Of a stretch of DNA of 64,000 bases, positions 10,705 through 20,443 are shown one piece after another (the first letter of the stretch is position 1; the number at the start of each line of letters is the position of its first letter). Under the pieces are notes generated by a model. It was not told the origin of the DNA. It made no database searches and saw only the letters and a program-made list of their open reading frames with translations. This stretch comes from Chloropicon primus (taxonomy: Eukaryota), in assembly GCA_023205875.1 (NCBI GenBank), contig CP060770.1, positions 186,001 through 250,000 of the forward strand, in the 5' to 3' direction. Both the position numbers and the translations under genes were made by a program.

Positions 10705-11000
10705 TTCAGTCCCTCCACGTTGTCATCCGTTACCCGTAACGCTCGGGCGAGCGCTCTTTCGAAAGATCAAGAGACGAAGACACCATCTAACGAGCGTCAC
10801 CTCCCTCCAGAACACCACCACGTCGTCCAATCTCTCCAAAGCCACCTCATTCCGTCCAAGAGGCAGCCACGAATCACACGTTTCGCGTCTCAACATCCTC
10901 GTCCGTGAAGCGTAGCGCTCGATCGAGGGCTCTTTCGAAAGAGCACGACACGAGTATTCCATCGGCTTCGCTTCTTGTTCCCTCACCACTCGCCCTCGTC
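10705..11000. repeat. 296-bp promoter module, copy 1 (upstream of the LysM gene)
   Basis: Nearly identical to 13802-14097 (4 mismatches found by eye); contains two 52-bp elements 176 bp apart. Confidence 0.95.
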
Positions 11001-11479
11001 GTCCAAATCCTCCTCTCCACTTACCGGTCGCTGGAGTCACTCCTCTCTCTTCCTGTGCACCAATGGGAAAGCCCCGAGGAAGTTGGCGAGAGAGGAGCAC
11101 AGCCTCCCTTTGCTCGAGGAATTAGACGACGAGGGCGAGGATTGGTGCGCAAGAGAGATCTATTGAGCGAAGCTACGTCTCGAGAGCTTTCGAACGGTAC
11201 CTTGGTTGACGCGTTTGACGCTCGGAGTGCTCGACGAGGTTCGCATCAGTGTTTGCTGAAGCAGGATTCGATTGGGATGGAGTGACTTTGTGGAGGAAGT
11301 GGAGGGAGATTGGAGCGCTGGGAGGGATAGTGACCAGCATCGAGCGGTAGCGTGACTCACTGTTAGGTTGCTTTCTGAGGATGATGCCCTGAGTGCTCGT
11401 GGAGGTCACGAGGGAGGGAGTTCGAGACCATGATGGAGGAGGTTGGCCTCAGCATGAGGTTGTGAGTGTCACCAACAAC

Positions 11480-12832
11480 ATGAGGAAAGAACTGGAGGGG
11501 GATGACTCTCCTCCTCCACGTGGCTTCCAAAATCAGCTCAAGCATGACAATGAGGTTCTCAATCGTGAGAAGTGGCAGCCGGGGGACGACGAGTTTGTCA
11601 CAAAAGCAAAAACAAATCCTCAAAGTCTTCCACTTGAGCAGCAGCAGCAACCCAAGCAGGTGGAGGGAGGGGGCAGCCGGGATCGAGCCGGACTCAAAGC
11701 TGTTGGCCATGGCGAAGGACTGGCATCGTGGGATTCTGTTCCTTGGGTTGGCATTGTGACCTTCCTGGTGGTGTGTTGTGCTTCGGCGTACCTTTACCTG
11801 CGCGGAGCTGGTGGGTTGCTCACTGGAACGGGAAGGGTTGTTGTCGGTGACGATGCGACGAGCGAGAGGAAGAAGAGGAAGAGGGCGAGAAACAGAAAGA
11901 ATCGCGCGGCGAGGAAAGCGACAGGGGGTGCGGTCACAAGCGTGCAAGGGCACGGTGGAGGGGGGTTGGCTCTGAACGACGCCAGTGCTCCCGCAAGTTC
12001 AACGGCGGTGGACCAGGGGGTGGTGGAGACGGTGGCGTCGTTGGCCCGGGGCCTTGGGCTCAACCCTGCCGAGCTCGATCCAAAGACCAAACTGCAGCTT
12101 GTCCAAACGGCGCTGAATTCGGAGGCATTGAAGCTGCGAAGGGAACAGAAGGACGTGGCCGGGGAAGCGCACCGGTTGAACCTCAGCAGGGAGGAGAAGC
12201 GGTGCGTCGAGGAGGAGGTCTTCAAATTCAAGGCCTCGTGCGCAGACTCCCTCGTTGCGGGCATCCTGGTGACCTTCCTGTGCATTGGCGTCAAGGCGTT
12301 CGATCTTGAGGGCCAGTGGACCTCCATTTTGGAAGCTTGCCCTGCGGGAACAGGCCCCGGAGAGGGAGGGGAGAGACACTCCTGGTTCCCTTTCGCCGTG
12401 CCCTTCCTCTTGAGCAAGGTTGAAATCCTGAACCAAGCCCTGTGTCTCTTGAAAGTCACTCTGTCCAGGGTCGGCGGTTACCTTGTGGCGGCCTACTTTT
12501 TGGCCAAATTCTTCCACCACGTGGCCTCCTTGGCAGTGACTTACCACAGAGCACCAATCACGGTGATCCTCCTGCTCCTGGGTCTTGGCATGGGCAGCGC
12601 TCTGAATGTGCTGGTCTCCGCTTGGGGCGGGAGTGGTACCCTGTTCTTCTCCGTGTGGATGGTCTTGTGCGCTTTGCACTGCGTCCTCGTCACGAGAGCG
12701 CAAACAATTGTGAGACTGCTCGGGAGAGAGAGAATCATCCCATGGAAGCACTTTGCGCTTCACGTCGTCCTCATTGTGGTGCTGCCAGCGACTGCTGGAC
12801 TCCTGCCCTTTCAAGTTGTATCATATTTTTGA
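11480..12832 (+). CDS. Multi-pass membrane protein resembling plant CPR5
   Basis: Coiled coil then SCADSLVAGILV..SWFP..ALCLL..SRV..APITVILLLLG..WGGSG..W..LCALH, similar to the CPR5 C-terminal TM region as I recall it; start uncertain. Confidence 0.55.
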   Translation: MRKELEGDDSPPPRGFQNQLKHDNEVLNREKWQPGDDEFVTKAKTNPQSLPLEQQQQPKQVEGGGSRDRAGLKAVGHGEGLASWDSVPWVGIVTFLVVCCASAYLYLRGAGGLLTGTGRVVVGDDATSERKKRKRARNRKNRAARKATGGAVTSVQGHGGGGLALNDASAPASSTAVDQGVVETVASLARGLGLNPAELDPKTKLQLVQTALNSEALKLRREQKDVAGEAHRLNLSREEKRCVEEEVFKFKASCADSLVAGILVTFLCIGVKAFDLEGQWTSILEACPAGTGPGEGGERHSWFPFAVPFLLSKVEILNQALCLLKVTLSRVGGYLVAAYFLAKFFHHVASLAVTYHRAPITVILLLLGLGMGSALNVLVSAWGGSGTLFFSVWMVLCALHCVLVTRAQTIVRLLGRERIIPWKHFALHVVLIVVLPATAGLLPFQVVSYF

Positions 12833-12859
12833 TATATAGTTGTATTATATTGATGCCTC

Positions 12860-13655
12860 TCACATCTCACCGCACTGAGAGATGACCACGTCCTGTTGGT
12901 GGCGAACGAGCGAATACAATGCAAACAAGTCAGGGGGCGAAAGGCCTTGAGAAGAAGAAGCGGGGAGGGAAGAAAAGGAGCTACGAGGACTTACGAGCCT
13001 TGGCTTGTTGTTTGGTCCGCATTGCACGTTCTCCACTTTCCTGACCACGAGGAGTCCGTCGCCCAAGACCCTGCCGAAGACAACGTGCTTTCCGTCGAGC
13101 CACTCGCACTTCCCGCAAGTGATGAAGAACTGGCACCCGTTGGTGTCCTTTCCGCTGTTTGCCATCGAAAGAAGACCCGGTCCCGTGTGTGTTGCCACAA
13201 AGTTCTCGTCATCAAACCTCGTGCCTTGCGTTCGAAACGGGGAGAGGGGGAGAAGAAGAAGAACAACAAATCGTCCAACCGTTCAGTCCCTGGAGCAACA
13301 CCAAGAAAGGGCAAGAGAAAAAGGGAAGGACATCCATAGACGGGTTCACTCGCAGGACTGCCTTACCGTAGATACACAAGCTCCCCGACCCATCGCCCTT
13401 GAGGAAGTCTCCGCCCTGAATCATGAACTCTTTGATAACCCTGTGAAACTTGCAGAGCTTGTAACCGATGGGTTGGCCGTTCTTTCTGAATTCACCGGTG
13501 CAGAGCTGTCGAAAGTTCTCACACGTCCGGGGCGCTACATCAGCAAAGAGCTCCATCTTCACCCTTCCCGCATCGATCCCTCCTATCTGGACGTCGAAGA
13601 ACACAACTGGGTTGCTCAGGTTCTGAGGCCTCGTGTGCCAGCTCTCGTCCGCCAT
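12860..13655 (-). CDS. PPIH: Cyclophilin, spliceosomal PPIH/CYP22 type; two introns
   Basis: [80 protein letters not shown]; ends ISQCGEM. Confidence 0.9.
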
Positions 13656-13801
13656 GGCGCGCTATCGATCCGCAACTCACGGAAGAACGATCACACCGAG
13701 TCACAATGGAAGCTTTCCGCCGGAAAGCAAGTCGCCAAACTCCTGAACCTCGACCAAAACAATTCAATACCTTGAGGAAGAAAAATGAACAGATCTCGAG
13801 T

Positions 13802-14097
13802 TTCAGTCCCTCCACGTTGTCATCCGTTACCCGTAATGCTCGGGCGAGCGCTCTTTCGAAAGATCAAGAGCCGAAGACACCATCTAACGAGCGTCACCTC
13901 CCTCCAGAACACCACCACGTTGTCCAATCTCTCCAAAGCCACCTCATTCCGTCCAAGAGGCAGCCACGAATCACACGTTTCGCGTCTCAACATCCTCGTC
14001 CGTGAAGCGTAGCGCTCGATCGAGGGCTCTTTCGAAAGATCACGACACGAGTATTCCATCGGCTTCGCTTCTTGTTCCCTCACCACTCGCCCTCGTC
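13802..14097. repeat. 296-bp promoter module, copy 2 (upstream of the cyclophilin gene)
   Basis: Direct repeat of 10705-11000, offset 3097 bp. Confidence 0.95.
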
Positions 14098-14270
14098 TTC
14101 CATTCTCGCCCCCAAAACTCACCTGGCGGTCGTCTCCTCCGTCCTCTTCAGCTTTCAATTCAAAAAATTGAGCGGCCAGAGGGAGAAGAGAGAGAGAAGC
14201 GAAGGCGAGCGGTAAGTGAGGGGTCTTGCGCGAAACGGGGAGGGTCTTTGGTGTGGTGGAGGGGGTCGTT

Positions 14271-14499
14271 GGATAGATCTTGTCGCGATCTTTCGAAAGA
14301 GCTCTTGCTTGGGACGACTTTCGTCCTGTGGAGGATTTGACGTACTGAAGTAGAGTTCTGTTTTGCAGAGTGTGAAGGAAAGAGCGAGAGGTAAGTGAGG
14401 TGAAGCGTGGAGTGGAGGGTGTTGTTGTGGTCGTGGATGGTGTCATAGGATAGATCGTGTCGCGATCTTTCGAAAGAGCTCTCGATCGGGACGATTGAC
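14271..14499 (-). promoter_or_regulatory. Pair of 52-bp elements upstream of the TPR gene
   Basis: ggatagatcNtgtcgcgatctttcgaaagagctct with cores at 14290 and 14467 (177 bp apart). Confidence 0.75.
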
Positions 14500-14564
14500 G
14501 TCGATTTGAGCCATCTTGAGGAACTGAAAGGAGATCTGTTCGCTTCTGTTTGTCTCAGTGGAAG

Positions 14565-15323
14565 ATGACGATGAACGCAGAGGAGTTGAAGCAGGAAGGG
14601 AATGCGCTTTACAAGGACGGAAAATACTTGAAAGCTGCTGCGACGTATAGCCAAGCCATCAAACTCGACAAAGAGAACGGCGTCCTGTATAGGTAAGGCC
14701 ACGAGACCTGCTCGGCGAGGACCGCAGGGGAGTGACACACTCTCTTTGCTTGGGTCTTGCACAGAGGACGGTGGTCTCTTGCTCTCGTGTGGCACGATGC
14801 TTCCCTTGGTGAGATGTCTCATGCTTGCCTGCCTCCTCGCCCGGTTTGCTTCTTGACGGCCCGGTGGTGTGTGAGTTCTCTCAAGCGAGCGAGCGCTTAA
14901 AGTTCGCTTGAGAACGACGACCGGCCGCGACGAGGAAGGGGGAAGGCTTGCTCGGAGACCCTTCGATCATCTGACCGTCTCGTGTTTTTTCCTTGCCTCC
15001 CTGGCGATGTGCGCAGCAACCGAAGCGCTGCCTTGCTTCAGTTGAATAAGGTGAAGAAAGCTATCGCCGACGCGGACGAGTGCATAAGACTCAAACCAGA
15101 CTGGGAGAAGGGTTACTTCAGGAAGGGGACCATTTACGAGTCTATGGACAAGACGGAGGAGGCGCTTGAGGCATACAAGCTCGCATTGGAGAAGAACCCG
15201 GACAACAGAGACTGCACCAACAAGGTCAAGCTGCTTACGAAGATGGTACAAAGGCAGCAAGCGAAGGCGGAGAAACTCAGCAAGCAAAATTTTAGTTTTG
15301 ACAAGAAAGCCGACAAGAAGTAA
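14565..15323 (+). CDS. Small TPR-domain protein (STI1/Hop TPR-like); intron 14693-15016
   Basis: AEELKQEGNALYKDGKYLKAAATYSQAIKLD..LYS|NRSAALL..ADECIRLKPDWEKGYFRKG. Confidence 0.85.
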
Positions 15324-15554
15324 GAAATAACGAGCCGGGAGGCGGGCTTGGCCTAGCCAGAGGGATGGGGTACCCGCTCTCGCAGCACTTGGAGCTCAAC
15401 AAGCTAAGGTATCTCTACTCGCTCACCACGAGGTGAACAAACTAAGTTAGTATACAAACAGTTTCGCTTGCACCGTCTTATTTGCCGTGTCCTCTTGGCT
15501 TCCCTCCGCTTTCCGATCTCTCCCGAACGGGGCGTCGGGGCACCCCTAGCCACT

Positions 15555-15884
15555 CTACCGATTCTGATTCAGCTCCACCGTGATGCTTTTGAAGTCCGGC
15601 TTCCGGTAATACACCACTTTGTTCTTCAGCCTCAGTTGCTTCTTCTTGCCCTGGTAGTTCGCCGTGTGCACCCTCTTCACGTCCAACCCATAAATTGTCC
15701 GCAAGTAATTCTTGATCTCGAGCTTGCCAACAGATGGAGCAGACCTGAACTTGAGCATCGACGGCATCTCTCCCTTGGATACTGCTTCAAGTCCTTCCTC
15801 GCTCAAAGGCATGGCTTGCAGAACCATGTTCGGAAAATATATGGGAAGACGAGTTCCCGGTATCACCTTCTTCAGAGCACTCAT
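15555..15884 (-). CDS. rpl23: Ribosomal protein uL23, probably mitochondrial
   Basis: IYFPN..FRSAPSVGKLEIKNYLRTIYGLDVKRVHTANYQGKKK..RKPDFK. Confidence 0.85.
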   Translation of the reverse strand: MSALKKVIPGTRLPIYFPNMVLQAMPLSEEGLEAVSKGEMPSMLKFRSAPSVGKLEIKNYLRTIYGLDVKRVHTANYQGKKKQLRLKNKVVYYRKPDFKSITVELNQNR

Positions 15885-16039
15885 GAATGAACGATTCCCT
15901 TCGACCAATCCACGCTCTCAGGATGCCAAACAACTTGCTCCGTGCTCCCAATGCCTTCCGCCGTCAATGCCCTGCACAAGGAGGTCGAAACGAGAACAAA
16001 ACAAATGGACGTCTCAGTCTTTGCGATACTCAATACGAC

Positions 16040-16732
16040 GCCAACCGTTTCGAGTGACGACTCTTTCGGAAGATCACGACCTAATACGTCGCACTGTTCC
16101 CTCTCTCGACCCCTTACGACCACGACACGACCCCTGGATCGCCTTGAACCCCAGCCTCTCCTCGCTTCCGGCCTAGGCATTGGTCTTCTTCTCAAGCGCA
16201 AGATCCTCAAATGGGGTCCAAATCTTTCGAACGACGGGTCTATCGAAAGAGGAGAAGGCGACTCTTCGTTTCGTAACGCTTTCTGTCGCACTCAAAAGCC
16301 TCGTCGCTCTCCTTACCTTCGAGTTTGCCTCGCTCCTCTTCGCTCCTCTGCGTGGGATCCCAAGGACAAGAAATGGAGACGAAATTTGGGGATCTCAACG
16401 GCGGTCGAGACGGCGGTCGAGACATCAAGCAAAGGAGGTGAGTTTGAGTGGAAATGACGGAGAGGTTGGGTCTCTGGAGGAAAGTGATGAAGTCGAAGAC
16501 GAAATAATATTGTGTCCTCTTTCCAAAGACTCCTCTCTCGAAGGATTTGAAGCCGTTTTGAGGATTTGAGAGACGAAAGATTGCATGCTTGCCATGAAAA
16601 TGTGCTCTGACATCTGGCGGACTCTTGGTGTGGTTTTGACGACAGGCATCGGGTCGAAGCCAGAGTTGGCCCACGCAGTGCGACGCTACGTTCCACGATC
16701 TTTCGTTTGGCTGGTCCCTTGACGCACTTGGC
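16040..16732. promoter_or_regulatory. Divergent promoter rpl23/ABCA with four 52-bp elements (+ 16040, 16217; - 16500, 16681)
   Basis: Cores at 16066, 16243, 16519 and 16700 (last one degenerate). Confidence 0.7.
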
Positions 16733-17015
16733 TCTCTGCTGTGTTCGCTTGGCTCGAGGACTTGACTCCTTTGTTTGAAACACTCGGCCGAGTGTGTGAG
16801 AGGGTGGAGGAGCCTGAGGACCCCCAGGCTGGAGGAAAGCTGAAGACGAGTGTGAACCCGCTGCTTCAGGCGAAGTCTAAGGAGGTCGAGGGATTGAGGA
16901 CGCCGGCACACCTTGGTGTTGAGGGGGTGCCAGGCCTTGGTGCAAGAAGCGTCCTTGCTGAGGACTTGTGAGAAGGGGAGTTCGAGGAGGGAAGGTTAAG
17001 GGAAGGAGGCACCCG

Positions 17016-20000
17016 ATGGGCCAAAGAAAATTAGGGCAGCACACCAATGCTGTCATCAAAAAGAATGTCTCGCAGCAAAGGACAAAGAAGGGCTTCAACG
17101 CTTGTTTGGTGGTTTCACCTCTCGTACTGTGCGGCCTGCTCTTCGGCTTGCAGCTCGCGATCAACTATCTGTTCCTCGATAGACCGGAGTTCAGGTGCGG
17201 GTGCAAGTGCTTGGACTGCTGCATCACATCGCCGGAAGGGTTCGAGACGTGCTACCAGAACGAGCCCGAGAAATGCCTCGTGGCGGACTCCTGCAAGAGG
17301 AGGGACTACGATCAGTGCACCATCGCGTACTCGACGCCTCAGCAGTTTAGTTTTTGTGAGATCAAGGACCCATACCGGTGGCCATCACAACTCCAGATGC
17401 CTGACTCTATCTTCCACAACGAGACGAACTGGGAATCGGAGACCCAACTGAGAGCGCACACCCTGGTCACAGGCAGGACGCCTGCCTTGGACGAATTGAC
17501 GGCGAGGCTGGTGCAGCAGAAAAGCGTCGAGCCCGAAGTCTTCTCCGAGCTGATTGACTTGACCAGCTCGCTTTGGGCGAGCAAGGCCATGGACGGAGGC
17601 GTTGGCGGTGGGAGCATGAACGTAGACATGGGGAACATTCAGGCGATGCTCGAGGACTCGAACTTGCTGACGTACGCGCTGTTCTCAAACCCTGAGGTGT
17701 TGACGAAGATGACGGAAGCGGATCTGGTTTACGCCACCCCCTTCTGGAACGACCGCCCGGTCGCGTTCTTTGACAGCGCGTTCAGCGTGCCAAGGATGAT
17801 GCATTACTTGCAGAAGAACTGCTCTGCGGTGAGCGTGTCCCCGGGGGAGGACACGCATTGCGCGGAGCTTGATCTGGTCAACACGTTGACCAGGAAAGAC
17901 ATGAACGAAAGGCAGTACTGTGGTTTCGAGAAAGCTGTGATCACACAGCAGGTGGACTGCGAGGGGAAGGGGTATCCTTTGATGGAGTACTCCACCGGCT
18001 GGGACTTCGGGCTGACCACCGAAAACAACTTTGACCTGATTGTCGCGTACAACGATTCTGGCCTCAGGAGGGACCAGCGAGAGGAAGGGCCCGATTGGCA
18101 GAACCGTGCGACGGAGCAGATTAATATGGCTACCCAAGCTTTCGTGAAGTGGGTGCTTGGCGACGAATACTCGGTGAAGTTGCGGGCGCTGAGAGACATG
18201 CCTAGGGAAAAGAAGGGGCTCACCCTGGACTTTGCGTCTTTGCTTGGGCCCGTCTTTTACGTCCTGCTTTTCCAACTCCCGGCGCCATCCATGCTGGTGA
18301 CCCTGATCCAGGAGAAGGAAAACAAGGTTCTGACCAGAATGAAGATGCAAGGGATGTCGCCCCTCGCCCACTACATCGGGTGCTACCTGTGGAACCTCCT
18401 GCTCTGGGTTCTCTTCATGGTCATCACCCTCATTTCTGGCTACGCCGTGTACGACCTCAAGTTCTTCACGCTCTCTGACGCGGGCTTGCTGATCGTCTTC
18501 ATCCTGCTGTATGGGAACCTGCAGATCGCCTTTGTGTTCATCCTTTCCCACGTGTTCAAGAAGTCCAAAAGCGCTGCGGTTTCTGGAAACCTGTGGCTCA
18601 TGCTGAGCGGCTACCTCTGCGGCACCCTGTTCACGCCGATGATTGCGAAGGACAGGTGGTACATGGTTTTCTTGGAGCTCATTCCCACGCTTGGATTGTT
18701 CAGGGGGCTCTTTGAGTTTGCCGAGTATGCCTTCTTGGGGGCGTACACGGGAAACGCTGGGATGAATTGGAGCAAGTTCTCCGACCACAAGAACGGCATG
18801 GAAGCAGTCATGCTGATCTTCTTCTTCGAGTGGATCGTTTTCGTGGTCATCGGCGTCCTCATGCACGACGAGAGTTACTGGAGGATGGTTTTCGGGAGGC
18901 CCAAGTCGTCGTCCTCGAAGCAGGGCAAGTTCGTCGAGATGACCGAGATGAACAAGGAGAAGATCTCTCCCCTTGAGATCGAAACGGAGGTGCAGGAGGA
19001 GGACGTGGCGGAGGAGAGGAGGAAGGTCAGAGCCCTCGAGGGGTCTGAGAACAAGGGTCCGATCTTGGCATCGAACCTGAGAAAGGTTTACAAGGTCGGG
19101 GCTTCGGAGAAAGTGGCGTGCAACGGGGTCGACCTCGGCGTCGAGGAGGGCGAATGCATTGGCCTTCTTGGTCCAAATGGCGCAGGAAAGACGACTTTGA
19201 TTAACATGCTTGTGGGCTACGTGGAGCCCACGGAGGGAGAAGCTTATGTCAGCAACCTGAACATCCGGCATGACAAGTCGAAGATATTCGAGAGCTTGGG
19301 AGTTTGCCCTCAGTTTGATGTCCTGTGGCCCGAGCTCACGGCAAACCAGCACCTCCTGTTTTATGGCAGGATCAAGGGCCTCCAAGGGCAGGAACTCGAG
19401 CGTGCTGTGGACGAAGCCCTGAAATCGGTGAACTTGTTGGATGTCAAGCACAAGAACGCCGGGTCTTACAGTGGAGGAATGAAGAGACGCCTCAGCGTCG
19501 CGATCAGCCTGATAGGAAAGCCCAAGGTCGTGTTCTTGGACGAACCCACGACGGGGCTTGACCCTGCCTCGAGGAGGGAGCTTTGGGCGACCATCAACAA
19601 GGCGAGGGACTACGCCTCTGTGGTGCTGACGACGCATTCCATGGAGGAAGCCCAGGCTCTGTGCGACCGAGTGGGCATTTTCATCAACGGGAGGTTGAGG
19701 TGCATCGGTACCCCCACCAATCTCACCAACAGGTTTGGGGAGTACATCCTTCTCACGACTTCCATGGGCGAAGGGGTTGGCGAGGAAAGGGTTGCTGCCT
19801 ACTTGAAGTCCAACCTGACCCCCAACGCAAAGGAGGTTTACTCCTTCAACGGCATTCAGAAGTTCGAGTTGCCATCGCAGGACGTTCAGTACTCCCAGAT
19901 TTTCGACCACATGTCGAAAGCCAAGGGCCAAGGAATGGTCACGGACTGGGGAGTCTCCACGGCCTCGCTCGAGGATGTGTTCCTCAAGGTTGCAGCACAG

Positions 20001-20021
20001 TACATGAACTTCGACGGATGA
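17016..20021 (+). CDS. Half-size ABC transporter, subfamily A
   Basis: TM domain with EKENK..MKMQG; Walker A GPNGAGKTT; YSGGMKRRLSVA; LDEPTTGLDP; SLEDVFLK. Confidence 0.92.
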   Translation: MGQRKLGQHTNAVIKKNVSQQRTKKGFNACLVVSPLVLCGLLFGLQLAINYLFLDRPEFRCGCKCLDCCITSPEGFETCYQNEPEKCLVADSCKRRDYDQCTIAYSTPQQFSFCEIKDPYRWPSQLQMPDSIFHNETNWESETQLRAHTLVTGRTPALDELTARLVQQKSVEPEVFSELIDLTSSLWASKAMDGGVGGGSMNVDMGNIQAMLEDSNLLTYALFSNPEVLTKMTEADLVYATPFWNDRPVAFFDSAFSVPRMMHYLQKNCSAVSVSPGEDTHCAELDLVNTLTRKDMNERQYCGFEKAVITQQVDCEGKGYPLMEYSTGWDFGLTTENNFDLIVAYNDSGLRRDQREEGPDWQNRATEQINMATQAFVKWVLGDEYSVKLRALRDMPREKKGLTLDFASLLGPVFYVLLFQLPAPSMLVTLIQEKENKVLTRMKMQGMSPLAHYIGCYLWNLLLWVLFMVITLISGYAVYDLKFFTLSDAGLLIVFILLYGNLQIAFVFILSHVFKKSKSAAVSGNLWLMLSGYLCGTLFTPMIAKDRWYMVFLELIPTLGLFRGLFEFAEYAFLGAYTGNAGMNWSKFSDHKNGMEAVMLIFFFEWIVFVVIGVLMHDESYWRMVFGRPKSSSSKQGKFVEMTEMNKEKISPLEIETEVQEEDVAEERRKVRALEGSENKGPILASNLRKVYKVGASEKVACNGVDLGVEEGECIGLLGPNGAGKTTLINMLVGYVEPTEGEAYVSNLNIRHDKSKIFESLGVCPQFDVLWPELTANQHLLFYGRIKGLQGQELERAVDEALKSVNLLDVKHKNAGSYSGGMKRRLSVAISLIGKPKVVFLDEPTTGLDPASRRELWATINKARDYASVVLTTHSMEEAQALCDRVGIFINGRLRCIGTPTNLTNRFGEYILLTTSMGEGVGEERVAAYLKSNLTPNAKEVYSFNGIQKFELPSQDVQYSQIFDHMSKAKGQGMVTDWGVSTASLEDVFLKVAAQYMNFDG

Positions 20022-20168
20022 TGATGGAAAAGCATGAAACGATGCTATATTATCATAAAATTGCTTGCAATCCACTATGGCTTCTTCGTTTGGTGCGCTA
20101 AAGGTGAATCATTCAAAAGAAATAGCAACGAACAGGAGGACAATCTCTCATCATCATCATCATCATCA

Positions 20169-20197
<29 letters not shown>

Positions 20198-20201
<4 letters not shown>

Positions 20202-20310
20202 ACAACTCCAATCCCAGAGAGAGAGAGAAAGAGAGAGTCAAAGAAAGAAAGGCAGAGACAAGAAGAAGGAGAAGAAAAGCAATTCACCATCGTCATTCAT
20301 CCATCCATCC
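20198..20310 (+). repeat. Dispersed ~110-bp intergenic module, copy 1
   Basis: cacaacaactccaatc(ag)n gtcaaagaaagaaaggcagagacaagaagaaggagaagaaaagcaat..atcgtcattcatccatc; reverse complement at ~32960-33100. Confidence 0.9.
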
Positions 20311-20311
20311 C

Positions 20312-20352
<41 letters not shown>

Positions 20353-20443
20353 GTCTGTCTTTCTCCTGGTTGAACTTCACAACTCAAAACAGAGCAAAGT
20401 CGTGAGGAAGTTTGGTCAGAGGCCCCAGCAGCAGGCGACCAAG

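Noticed and set aside
19914..19920. Isolated TCGAAAG cores inside CDSs (also ~13165 and ~48918)
   Set aside because: They lack the flanking blocks of the 52-bp element; chance heptamers
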